DNA of 64,000 nt from Campylobacterales bacterium (GTDB lineage: Bacteria > Campylobacterota > Campylobacteria > Campylobacterales > Sulfurimonadaceae): contig JAPLGN010000041.1 in the NCBI GenBank assembly GCA_026390135.1, forward strand, positions 13,969-77,968. Reading direction: 5' to 3'. Made by a program: the position numbers and the translations under genes. Positions 17,738 through 26,422 of this stretch are shown here, piece by piece (position 1 is the stretch's first letter; the number at the start of each line of letters is the position of its first letter). Under the pieces are notes generated by a model that was not told where the DNA came from, made no database searches, and saw only the letters and a program-made list of their open reading frames with translations.

Positions 17738-18286
17738 ATGTCTAATATTGACTTGATCCAACTTACAGAGCAAACCAAAAAACTTACAGCAATGGTTGTA
17801 GAAGATGAAGTGGTTGCAAATGACCTTTTAAGCTCTACGTTTAAAAACTTTTTTGCGGATGTAACATCTGCTTATAATGGCGCAGAAGCTTTACGTGTAT
17901 ATGAAAAAATGAATCCGGATATCGTATTTGTTGATATTATTATGCCAGAAATTGATGGTATCGAACTTTCTCGTCGTATTCGTGCGATTAACCCATCCCA
18001 AATTATTATCGTTATTTCTGCAAGTAATGATATTCAAAAGATTTCAGAATCAATCGAAGTTGGTGTAAACAGCTTTATCCAAAAACCGATTGATACCAAA
18101 AAAATTCTTGAAATGCTACATAACATTGTTTCACTTATCTCAAAACGTAAAAAAATTGAAACAAAAACATTTTCTATCTCATTGCCATTAGATGTATATG
18201 AATTGGTAGATGATAATGCTAAAGCAGAAAGTATTTCTAAAAATGCTGTTATCATTCGTGCCTTACGTTCATTCTATCACAACTAA
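17738..18286 (+). CDS. Response regulator: receiver + C-terminal ribbon-helix-helix-like domain
   Basis: VVEDE, DIIMPEIDG, FIQKP; C-terminus TFSISLPLDVYELVD..AKAESISKNAVIIRAL. Confidence 0.85.
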   Translation: MSNIDLIQLTEQTKKLTAMVVEDEVVANDLLSSTFKNFFADVTSAYNGAEALRVYEKMNPDIVFVDIIMPEIDGIELSRRIRAINPSQIIIVISASNDIQKISESIEVGVNSFIQKPIDTKKILEMLHNIVSLISKRKKIETKTFSISLPLDVYELVDDNAKAESISKNAVIIRALRSFYHN

Positions 18287-18302
18287 ATCTTCTATTTTTT
18301 AG

Positions 18303-18339
18303 ATCATAATGGATTTCCATTATGATTTAGCTTTTTTTC
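18303..18339 (+). terminator. Intrinsic terminator
   Basis: ATCATAATGGA-TT-TCCATTATGAT hairpin followed by a T-run, after the response regulator. Confidence 0.6.
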
Positions 18340-18388
18340 AGCTTTTTGTTACTATAATTTCGGCTCAGGAATTAATTCCTATAAAAGT

Positions 18389-18463
18389 GGCTCCATCATC
18401 TAATGGTTAGGATTTCAGATTTTCATTCTGGTCATAGGGGTTCAAATCCCCTTGGAGTCACCA
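18389..18463 (+). tRNA. tRNA-Glu (TTC)
   Basis: Acceptor GGCTCCA/TGGAGTC + A-CCA; anticodon loop TT-TTC-AT; T-loop GGTTCAAATCC. Confidence 0.95.
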
Positions 18464-18475
18464 TAACACTTTCCC
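18438..18475 (+). repeat. attL core (38 bp)
   Basis: GGGTTCAAATCCCCTTGGAGTCACCATAACACTTTCCC, identical to 23191-23228. Confidence 0.95.
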
Positions 18476-18549
18476 ACCACAACGTACTTTCAACCACTTT
18501 AAGCTTTACTAGGTGACCAAATGGGTGACCAACTTTTCTCAAAACTTTT

Positions 18550-18807
18550 TTATCCAATTTGATTTTTTGCTATCAATTTATTCACTTCTACAATCTTATA
18601 AAAGAGTTTTCCGCCGAATTTGTAGTATGGAATCTCATTATTCATTCTCATTTTTGCCAATGTCGATTTATTGAATGCAAAAAGGCTAATTAATTCAGAC
18701 TCCGTTGCAAACTCTTTTTCAGGTTGTATTAGTGCTTTTAACTGCTCCATTATTTTGTTCTGAAACGTCATTAAGTCACTTTTGGTAATCAGATCTATTG
18801 TTGCCAT
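18550..18807 (-). CDS. Excisionase-like HTH (MerR/HTH_17-type) protein
   Basis: STLAKMRMNNEIPYYKFGGKLFY motif; coupled to rep. Confidence 0.85.
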   Translation of the reverse strand: MATIDLITKSDLMTFQNKIMEQLKALIQPEKEFATESELISLFAFNKSTLAKMRMNNEIPYYKFGGKLFYKIVEVNKLIAKNQIG

Positions 18808-20207
18808 AGTTCTAACTCCTTTTGCCCTGCTCTGCGACGCTCTTTTTCTGTATTAAGAATTTGAGTGTGTTTGATTATCAATCCAATATCTTGATCTTTT
18901 TGCGCTAATTCTTGATGGAGGGCTTTGGTGAGCAGTTCGCCAATTTCAATTAAATCGTTATCACTTAGATGTTCCAAACTTTTCGGCAATATCGGAACAG
19001 CTATAAAATTACGAGTAAGTAGATAGCTTCTGTTATTCGCTTGAAGAACGACGGGTATAAACGGTTTAACGGCTTGTTTAGCTTGATGTGACAGCCATAG
19101 ACGGCTTTCATGCAATACTGCTCTAACATCATCATGATTGACTGTAACGGCGTGTTCAGTGTATTTGAGTACTAGTGCGCGGAAATCCTCGATAAAATCG
19201 TTTGAGGTGAGTTCTTTAGGCGCATAAACGATCCGCTCCAAAGGGATAGTGTTTTGTACCGAAGCATTAAATGTATAGGAAGAATCGAGATATTCCCACA
19301 GCGGATGAGTGGGAGCTTTATGGAGGCGATTGGCTTCAATGTCTTTTTCGCTAATTGTCGAAATATCGACTAAGCGTACTTGCTCCATGCACTTATGAAA
19401 TAGTGTTTGAACATTTGAGAGTAAATCATCCAATGTGCTGATGTGGTACTGTTTGAGAAAATCACGGTGACACTCAAACTCAAAATTCCATAGCGGGTCT
19501 TTCATCCTGATACCGTATTGATCGAGATAGAGTTTCATGTAATAGAATTTTTCAGAGGTTTTGTCAATTTCGAGAAATTTATCATAGACACGTAAGCGTG
19601 CGGGAGGCTTACCGACATAGAGGGTTTCATAACGGTTTTTCGTTCCGATAATACGGCTAAACTTACGTTTACGGGTTACGATTTGTTCGGGTTGGATAAC
19701 ACTTCCTAAATCGTACTGGCAAAAGATATTTAAATCGGCACGGGTGACTAAGTATACTGGCGTAGTGATCTCTTTTAAAATACACGAATTAATATACTGT
19801 GAAAGGCGAACCAATCCCATTGCATAGATGCCTATACCTTGGAGCTGTATCCTAATGTCTTGAACACCTTGGTTAGTGTTGGGGTCTTTGAATCCGACAC
19901 GGAACATTCCCGCAACGTCACCGAAAAAATAAAAGCCCTGCACTTTGCCGAAATAAACAAATTCAATATCAGAGATTTTGATTTTTAAAGAACCGTTGGG
20001 AATAAAACCACCGTTGGTCTCTTTGCTCTGTTCTACGATAGAGTAGATTGAAAGGTGAAAAAATGCTTCGTAAGCACTGTTAGACTGTATAAAATAATAC
20101 AGTGAATCGATTCCCGATACAAGTGGGAAATCATAGCTCTCTTTGAGAGCAACATTGTTTTCAAGTGCGTTATTGTCCAATCCTGATGGCGCAATAGTAT
20201 TAATCAT
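18795..20207 (-). CDS. Rolling-circle replication initiator (Rep_trans-like)
   Basis: SGIDSLYY, VTRADL, ETLYVGK, LRVYDK and WNFEFE motifs. Confidence 0.8.
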   Translation of the reverse strand: MINTIAPSGLDNNALENNVALKESYDFPLVSGIDSLYYFIQSNSAYEAFFHLSIYSIVEQSKETNGGFIPNGSLKIKISDIEFVYFGKVQGFYFFGDVAGMFRVGFKDPNTNQGVQDIRIQLQGIGIYAMGLVRLSQYINSCILKEITTPVYLVTRADLNIFCQYDLGSVIQPEQIVTRKRKFSRIIGTKNRYETLYVGKPPARLRVYDKFLEIDKTSEKFYYMKLYLDQYGIRMKDPLWNFEFECHRDFLKQYHISTLDDLLSNVQTLFHKCMEQVRLVDISTISEKDIEANRLHKAPTHPLWEYLDSSYTFNASVQNTIPLERIVYAPKELTSNDFIEDFRALVLKYTEHAVTVNHDDVRAVLHESRLWLSHQAKQAVKPFIPVVLQANNRSYLLTRNFIAVPILPKSLEHLSDNDLIEIGELLTKALHQELAQKDQDIGLIIKHTQILNTEKERRRAGQKELELWQQ

Positions 20208-20264
20208 GTTTAACCCTTGGTAGGGTTCCTAAATCCGCGTATATTTATCTATTTTTCGTTTCTA

Positions 20265-20288
20265 AGGGGGTATTACTATATACCCCCT
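20265..20288. other. Putative double-strand origin (nick-site hairpin)
   Basis: AGGGGGTAT-TACTAT-ATACCCCCT perfect 9 bp stem about 60 bp upstream of rep. Confidence 0.6.
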
Positions 20289-20807
20289 AATCATCCTAAC
20301 GCCTCGATAATCTAATCAAAACGCATTCTCTCTTTTAGCTCGTTGTTGCCTCCACGGTAAACCGTGGTGGTCTTTTTAAGAGAAGCCCCGCCCTCTTCCT
20401 GCAAAGGGGCAAAGCCCCAAGCAGGGAGGAAAACGGCGGACGTTGGAAAATTGACAATAGATGAATGAATCGGTTTTTTCTTTATGCTTATTATGTTTAT
20501 GTAGTGTTGAGAGGGCTTGAGCGGCTATTCTTTGATTATGTGTCTTTCAGACTCAATTGCTTGAGAATCTCCACGCATCTTCTATGACTATTTTTTTTCT
20601 TTATGCCTATTTATGCCAATTTTACTGTTTCTTATTTATTACGCTTTTTTTAACCTTGTTTGCAGTTCGTTGGAACCTTTTATTTTTTGACCGATAAATC
20701 GGTACGGGGAAAGTTTAGCGGGATTGGAAGTGAGAGTCAAGAAAATTTTATAATTTTTTGATACAATTTATGTTTTTATAACCAAAATTATTAATATAAG
20801 GAAGCAA

Positions 20808-21917
20808 ATGTTATATGTAAATAAAATAAGATTACTCCCACCAACCCTAATACTATTGAGCTGTATGCTTCTAAATGCCATGGAGCCAATTGAGCAAAAA
20901 GCCAATAAAGAGCTAGTTGAGTTTATTGCTAAACAACTACAAAATACCATTCTAGAAAATCCAACGATTACCAAAGAGGAGCAAAAGCAATTTGTAATTG
21001 AAAAGTTTAATGAACTTGATCACAATCAACACGGAAAAGAGTTTATTACTAAATTTGAAAAAGAGTTCAGCGATATAATCAAGAAGAATGAGAATGCAAT
21101 AGATTGTTTGCAGAAGGCAAATAATACTGATGATGCAAAATTATGTTTCAAAGAAACAGTTACAACTTATAGCGAAGCAATGCAAAAACTATTTTATGAA
21201 AAATTTGTCTGGTCAGACAAAATGAAAATTCAACATATAAGTGCTTTAAAAGCTTCAAGTAGAATTAATCAGAATATTTTGGATTGTTTTGAAAACTCAG
21301 AAACACTTTCTGGTGCATTAAAATGTACACAAGAAAAAAGACTATCCCCTGGATATGATGGACGAATTGTAACTATTTTACTAGTGGCAAACAATAATAT
21401 ACTTCTTGAAAAAAGTGATAAAATTTTCCCTGAAAAATGCAAATTAACAAAATTTACGATTCTTGAGCATCCATCAAAAAATGAAGGGGTATTTTTTGAT
21501 ACTACCTACTCTTTGAATGAATCATATAGCAAAATCAACTCCTCTGGAGAATATACCAAAACGTATACACAGATCAATATTGATGAAAACAAGCTGTTTG
21601 ATCTTGCAGGATTCATCGAAAAAAACAGTGACAAATACCATAAGGAATATTTATATTTTGACCGTCAAAATCCATCTGGGGTGCGTTCAAATGAACAAAA
21701 AAGTCGATACAAGCTCAAAGTTACACAGCTTCGCGATGAAGATAAGTATAACTATGGTGTAAAAGGGATTTCAATGGATTTAATAGATCAACATACGGGA
21801 AAAGTAATTGCCAATACGACATATTATGATAATGAATACCGAAAGAAAATTTGTGGTAAAACTTACGATGGAAATTTTGACGCAGAATACTTCGTCGAGC
21901 ATGTATTCAATAATTAA
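20808..21917 (+). CDS. Secreted hypothetical cargo protein with Cx12C repeats
   Basis: N-terminal signal-like segment; CLQKANNTDDAKLC and CFENSETLSGALKC; AT-rich. Confidence 0.75.
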   Translation: MLYVNKIRLLPPTLILLSCMLLNAMEPIEQKANKELVEFIAKQLQNTILENPTITKEEQKQFVIEKFNELDHNQHGKEFITKFEKEFSDIIKKNENAIDCLQKANNTDDAKLCFKETVTTYSEAMQKLFYEKFVWSDKMKIQHISALKASSRINQNILDCFENSETLSGALKCTQEKRLSPGYDGRIVTILLVANNNILLEKSDKIFPEKCKLTKFTILEHPSKNEGVFFDTTYSLNESYSKINSSGEYTKTYTQINIDENKLFDLAGFIEKNSDKYHKEYLYFDRQNPSGVRSNEQKSRYKLKVTQLRDEDKYNYGVKGISMDLIDQHTGKVIANTTYYDNEYRKKICGKTYDGNFDAEYFVEHVFNN

Positions 21918-21935
21918 GTATACTCAAGTTTATCA

Positions 21936-23054
21936 CTAGCTCAACAGCCCTTTCGATACCTCTTGCATCATCCCACTAGATTCTTTCCGTTGAAGTGATA
22001 AATATTGCTTCACGGTATTGGTATCCGTATGCCCTAACAGTGCGGAGAGATGAATCGCATCGACTCCTTGGCTCGATAATGCAGACACGGCAAGATTACG
22101 CATCCAGTGATAGCCGAATTCTTCAATTTTTGAATCTGTTTTTATGGTGTTGACATGGTCACTAATATCGCCATATTCTCCGCCACGAGGAGATTTAAAG
22201 ACTAAGCCCTCTTTTCCAGTATATCGAGCTATTTCAATCAATGCCACTTTTATATCATCGGATAGGGTAAATTCTAAATCAACACCAATTTTACTTTTTT
22301 CTCTTGGAATAATAAAAGTGTTCGTATCAAGATCAACATTATCCCATGTAAGAGAAAGGACTTCATTTTTACGCCGTCCGTAGAATCCGAAAAGGAATAT
22401 AGCTCTCATAGTTGGATTGTCTTTAAAAACTTTATGGATGCTCTGATTGACTTTTCGGTACTTATCTACTGCATTAAGTATCACCCTCTTCTCTTCCACT
22501 AGATTACGTGTGACACGGTGAGATTTTTTAATGGGTGATATTTCAATAGACTCATCTTCAATGGCGAGTTCAAATAAAGGGTGTAGCACTTCAACTGTTC
22601 GCTTCTGCATACGTTTGGATAAATGAGAGACGTTTGAGCCTATGGTGGTCAAATCTGATGGTTTAACAGTAGAGATAGCTTTATCTCCAATGATAGGTTT
22701 GATATGATTGGTAAAAAAACTTTCAAGATTATTCAAATGACCCGTAGACCAGTTATTTTTCTTGATCTCTTTGAGTCGTTCAAAATAATCATTGATACTC
22801 ATCATAGGACTAGCGGTTGCACATGAGAAAATCGGTTTGGATTCTGTGGCAATATACTGTTCGAGGGCAAATCGAGCAAGTTCAATTCTACGCCCTTTAG
22901 TAGCTCCTTCAATAGTAACAGTTTTACGGTGACGTTTCCCATTAATACGAAAATCAAACATAAATTTACTATCATTGCTCTTGTTAATCTTTAAGCTCGT
23001 GATTTCTTTACCTTTATAAGTCACTTGTACGTAATCTTTGAAGATAATTGCCAT
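21936..23054 (-). CDS. Tyrosine recombinase / integrase
   Basis: GRRKNEVLSLTW (R), SK, HWMR (HxxR), LGH, catalytic Y (KQY); adjacent to attR. Confidence 0.95.
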   Translation of the reverse strand: MAIIFKDYVQVTYKGKEITSLKINKSNDSKFMFDFRINGKRHRKTVTIEGATKGRRIELARFALEQYIATESKPIFSCATASPMMSINDYFERLKEIKKNNWSTGHLNNLESFFTNHIKPIIGDKAISTVKPSDLTTIGSNVSHLSKRMQKRTVEVLHPLFELAIEDESIEISPIKKSHRVTRNLVEEKRVILNAVDKYRKVNQSIHKVFKDNPTMRAIFLFGFYGRRKNEVLSLTWDNVDLDTNTFIIPREKSKIGVDLEFTLSDDIKVALIEIARYTGKEGLVFKSPRGGEYGDISDHVNTIKTDSKIEEFGYHWMRNLAVSALSSQGVDAIHLSALLGHTDTNTVKQYLSLQRKESSGMMQEVSKGLLS

Positions 23055-23190
23055 TTAATTCTCCTTGGGTGACCAATGGGTGACCATACTTTAGATAAAA
23101 CATGGTATCGAGATAAATATAGAATAGAGATTAATACCGTAAATTAGGGGGTTTAGAAGTTTAAGGAATCGAGAAGAAAGCTTATTTATC

Positions 23191-23228
23191 GGGTTCAAAT
23201 CCCCTTGGAGTCACCATAACACTTTCCC
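23191..23228 (+). repeat. attR core (38 bp, duplicated tRNA-Glu 3' end)
   Basis: Identical to 18438-18475. Confidence 0.95.
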
Positions 23229-23333
23229 TTCATAACATATTTTCAACCATTTTAAGCTTTATTTTTCACCATAAATATAATGTTTTTTATAGCTAATGTA
23301 TAATTTCAAAAGAAAACAAATGGATATTAATAC

Positions 23334-24734
23334 ATGAAAATTGCACCTCTGCCTCAAAATGAACAAGAACGCTTAGCTGAACTCCGAAAATATAATATTT
23401 TGGATACAGAGCCGGAAGTAGTATTTGAAAGTATAGTTCAATTGGCAAGTTATATTTGTAAAACACCTATTGCCGCGATCAGTCTAGTTGATGAAAATCG
23501 ACAATGGTTTAAAGCTATCGTTGGAATTGACGCAAAAGAAACACCGCGTGATATTGCATTCTGCGCCCATGCAATTTTACAAGATGAACCTATGGTTGTG
23601 CCAAACGCATTACTGGATGAACGTTTTCATGATAATCCCTTGGTTACAGACGGTCCAGGGATTCGTTTCTACGCAGGTGTACCACTTGTCACACCCAGTG
23701 GATTGCACTTAGGGACACTGTGTGTCATTGATACTGAAGCTAGGGAAATTGCACAAGAACAATTAGATGCCATCAAAACACTGGCTGATGGTATTATGGC
23801 GCATCTTTCTCTTCGACTTTCACATAAAGAAATACGAAAATATGTAGACAAACTCCAATTATCAGCAATAATTTTCGAATCAGCGCGTGAAAATATTGTT
23901 CTCACTGATCAAAACAATCGCTTTATTACTGCCAATCCAGCTTTTACTGATACAACGGGCTATTCGCTTGAAGAAATCAAAGGATTGACACCAAAAATAT
24001 TAAGTTCAGGAATGCAAAATCAAGAGTTCTATGAAAAAATGTGGACTGATATCAATACTCTTGGCCACTGGGATGGAGAACTTTGGAATAAGCGAAAAAA
24101 TGGTGAGATTTATGCTGAATGGCTATCGATTAAGGTTATCTACAATGAGGATGGTTCAGTACAGATGTACCTTGGTATTTTTTCCGATATCACTGAAAAA
24201 AAACATGCCGATGAAATTATTTGGAAACAAGCCAATTATGATTTACTAACCGGATTACCTAATAGACGTCTTTTTAGTGATCGTCTAGAACATGAAATTA
24301 AAATTGCCCATAGAACTAATAAATCACTGGCACTTCTCTTTATCGATTTGGATTATTTCAAGCAGGTTAATGATACTCTTGGTCATGAGATGGGAGATAT
24401 ATTGCTTATTAAAGTAAGTGAACGCATTAATGAATCTATACGTGAATCAGATACCGTCGCTCGAATGGGAGGAGATGAGTTTACTGCGATTCTTCCACAA
24501 ATCAACTCACCTGAAGATGCAGTGAGAGTTGTTAGTATTATAATCGAGAAGCTTGCTCAACCATTTGATTTGAATGGGACATCAATAACAATTTCAGCTA
24601 GTATAGGGGTCGCTATTTATCCAAAAGACGCTCAAGATAGTAAAGAGCTGTTGCAAAATGCAGATATAGCAATGTATGATGCTAAAAAACAGGGAAGAAG
24701 TAGATTTTTTTCATATCAGTTAGTCGAAGAATAA
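23334..24734 (+). CDS. GAF-PAS-GGDEF diguanylate cyclase
   Basis: GAF (FCAHAI, RFYAGVPL), PAS/PAC (WDGELWNKRKNGE), DLLTGLPNRR, intact GGDEF. Confidence 0.95.
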   Translation: MKIAPLPQNEQERLAELRKYNILDTEPEVVFESIVQLASYICKTPIAAISLVDENRQWFKAIVGIDAKETPRDIAFCAHAILQDEPMVVPNALLDERFHDNPLVTDGPGIRFYAGVPLVTPSGLHLGTLCVIDTEAREIAQEQLDAIKTLADGIMAHLSLRLSHKEIRKYVDKLQLSAIIFESARENIVLTDQNNRFITANPAFTDTTGYSLEEIKGLTPKILSSGMQNQEFYEKMWTDINTLGHWDGELWNKRKNGEIYAEWLSIKVIYNEDGSVQMYLGIFSDITEKKHADEIIWKQANYDLLTGLPNRRLFSDRLEHEIKIAHRTNKSLALLFIDLDYFKQVNDTLGHEMGDILLIKVSERINESIRESDTVARMGGDEFTAILPQINSPEDAVRVVSIIIEKLAQPFDLNGTSITISASIGVAIYPKDAQDSKELLQNADIAMYDAKKQGRSRFFSYQLVEE

Positions 24735-24839
24735 ACAACGCAGATTCTTTACGCTAAAGTGATAAATATAGCTTGCCCGAACCCACCTTAAACTCTTTTC
24801 TGGTAAAATTGCATCTATACTTTATCCTAGGAATTTTGA

Positions 24840-26138
24840 ATGCTTCGTTTTGCCCCAAGCCCTACTGGAGATATGCATATTGGCAATCTTCGAGTCGCTT
24901 TATTTAACTATATTATGTCCAAAAAACGCAATGAACCCCTGCTGGTTCGTATCGAAGATACCGATAAAGAACGCAATGTTCCTGGCAAAGAGGATGAGAT
25001 ACTCGCCATTCTAGCTCTGTTTAAAATTGAACACCAAGAGCATCAGCTTCAAAGTAATAATCTCCGTTTTCATCGCGCCATGGCACTACAGCTTTTACAC
25101 GATAAAAAAGCATTTAATTGTTTTTGTACCCCAGAAACATTAGAAGCAAAACGTGAAGCATCTAAAGAAAATAAAATTGCGTATCGTTATGATGGTGCCT
25201 GTGAAAATCTCCATGCAGATGAGGTTATTGATAATCCCCTCCCTTTTACCATCCGAATTAAAAAACCTTCTGATTCCATTACGGTGCGTGACATCATTAA
25301 GGGAGAATCTACTTTTGCCCCCAACGATATTGACAGTTTTATCATCATGCGTGCAGATAAATACCCCACTTATAATTTTGCGTGTGCCGTGGATGATATG
25401 CTCTCGGATGTTTCACTGATTATCCGTGGTGAAGATCATCTTAGCAATACTCCCAAACAAATTGCCATCCAAAAAGCTCTGGGATACGACAGAACCATAG
25501 AATATGCCCATCTGCCGATTATTCTAGGTAATGAGGGTAAAAAAATGTCGAAGCGTGATGATGCATCGAGTGTCAAATGGCTTCTCGAAGAGGGCTTTTT
25601 ACCGGAAGCTATCACCAATTATCTTATTTTAATGGGAAATAAAACTCCGCTTGAAATTTTTTCACTTGAAGAAGCAATTAAATGGTTTGATTTAGAGACG
25701 ATTTCTAAATCTCCTGCCTATTTTGATATTGATAAACTCAAGTTTATTAATCGTGAACACTTAAAAGGTCTTGATCCTAAAGAGCTGTCACGCTATGTAG
25801 GGTTTGCAGATGAAGAGATTGGACGGCTTGCAAAAATATTTTTAGAAGAGGTAAGCACACTCAAGGAGCTGCGCGAAAAGATCAGTGCTATTTTTGCTCC
25901 CAAGATTGTCCCCGAAGAGTACAAAGAAGGATTTGATGTTTTACGTGATTTAACAATGAAAGCACCTCATTTTGATGATTATGAATCGTATAAGAGCTAT
26001 TTGATTCAACATTCAGGATTAAAAGGAAAAACACTTTTCAAGCCTCTTCGAATTTTGATAGGTGGAGCAGAACATGGTCCCGAACTCAATGATCTTTATA
26101 TACATCTTAAAAATTATCTCAAAGAGGTTGTCAAATGA
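24840..26138 (+). CDS. gltX: Glutamate--tRNA ligase (GluRS2-type paralog)
   Basis: [24 protein letters not shown]. Confidence 0.95.
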   Translation: MLRFAPSPTGDMHIGNLRVALFNYIMSKKRNEPLLVRIEDTDKERNVPGKEDEILAILALFKIEHQEHQLQSNNLRFHRAMALQLLHDKKAFNCFCTPETLEAKREASKENKIAYRYDGACENLHADEVIDNPLPFTIRIKKPSDSITVRDIIKGESTFAPNDIDSFIIMRADKYPTYNFACAVDDMLSDVSLIIRGEDHLSNTPKQIAIQKALGYDRTIEYAHLPIILGNEGKKMSKRDDASSVKWLLEEGFLPEAITNYLILMGNKTPLEIFSLEEAIKWFDLETISKSPAYFDIDKLKFINREHLKGLDPKELSRYVGFADEEIGRLAKIFLEEVSTLKELREKISAIFAPKIVPEEYKEGFDVLRDLTMKAPHFDDYESYKSYLIQHSGLKGKTLFKPLRILIGGAEHGPELNDLYIHLKNYLKEVVK

Positions 26139-26422
26139 TGGGAAATATTGTCTCAGGTCTAGGTGGAATTGTCCACTCATTGCTTACCGTTTATATGTGG
26201 ATCGTGATTATTGGTGCCCTTCTTACATGGGTACGCCCTGATCCTTATAATCCTATTGTTCAGGTCATCTATCGCTTAACAGAACCTGCTTATCGCTTTG
26301 TACGTCGTCTGATGCCAACTGTATTCAACGGATTGGATTTAGCTCCTTTAATTTTAATCATATCACTGCAAGTCATAGATATAATATTGGTTAATATCAT
26401 AAATGCATTGGTTCTTGGATGA
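26135..26422 (+). CDS. yggT: YggT family membrane protein
   Basis: [25 protein letters not shown]. Confidence 0.92.
   Translation: MMGNIVSGLGGIVHSLLTVYMWIVIIGALLTWVRPDPYNPIVQVIYRLTEPAYRFVRRLMPTVFNGLDLAPLILIISLQVIDIILVNIINALVLG

Larger units (their letters stand above)
18438..23228. mobile_element. 4.8 kb integrative element with rolling-circle Rep, inserted in tRNA-Glu
   Basis: Flanked by a 38 bp direct repeat of the tRNA 3' end; encodes a tyrosine integrase, Xis-like HTH, Rep and one cargo gene. Confidence 0.92.
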
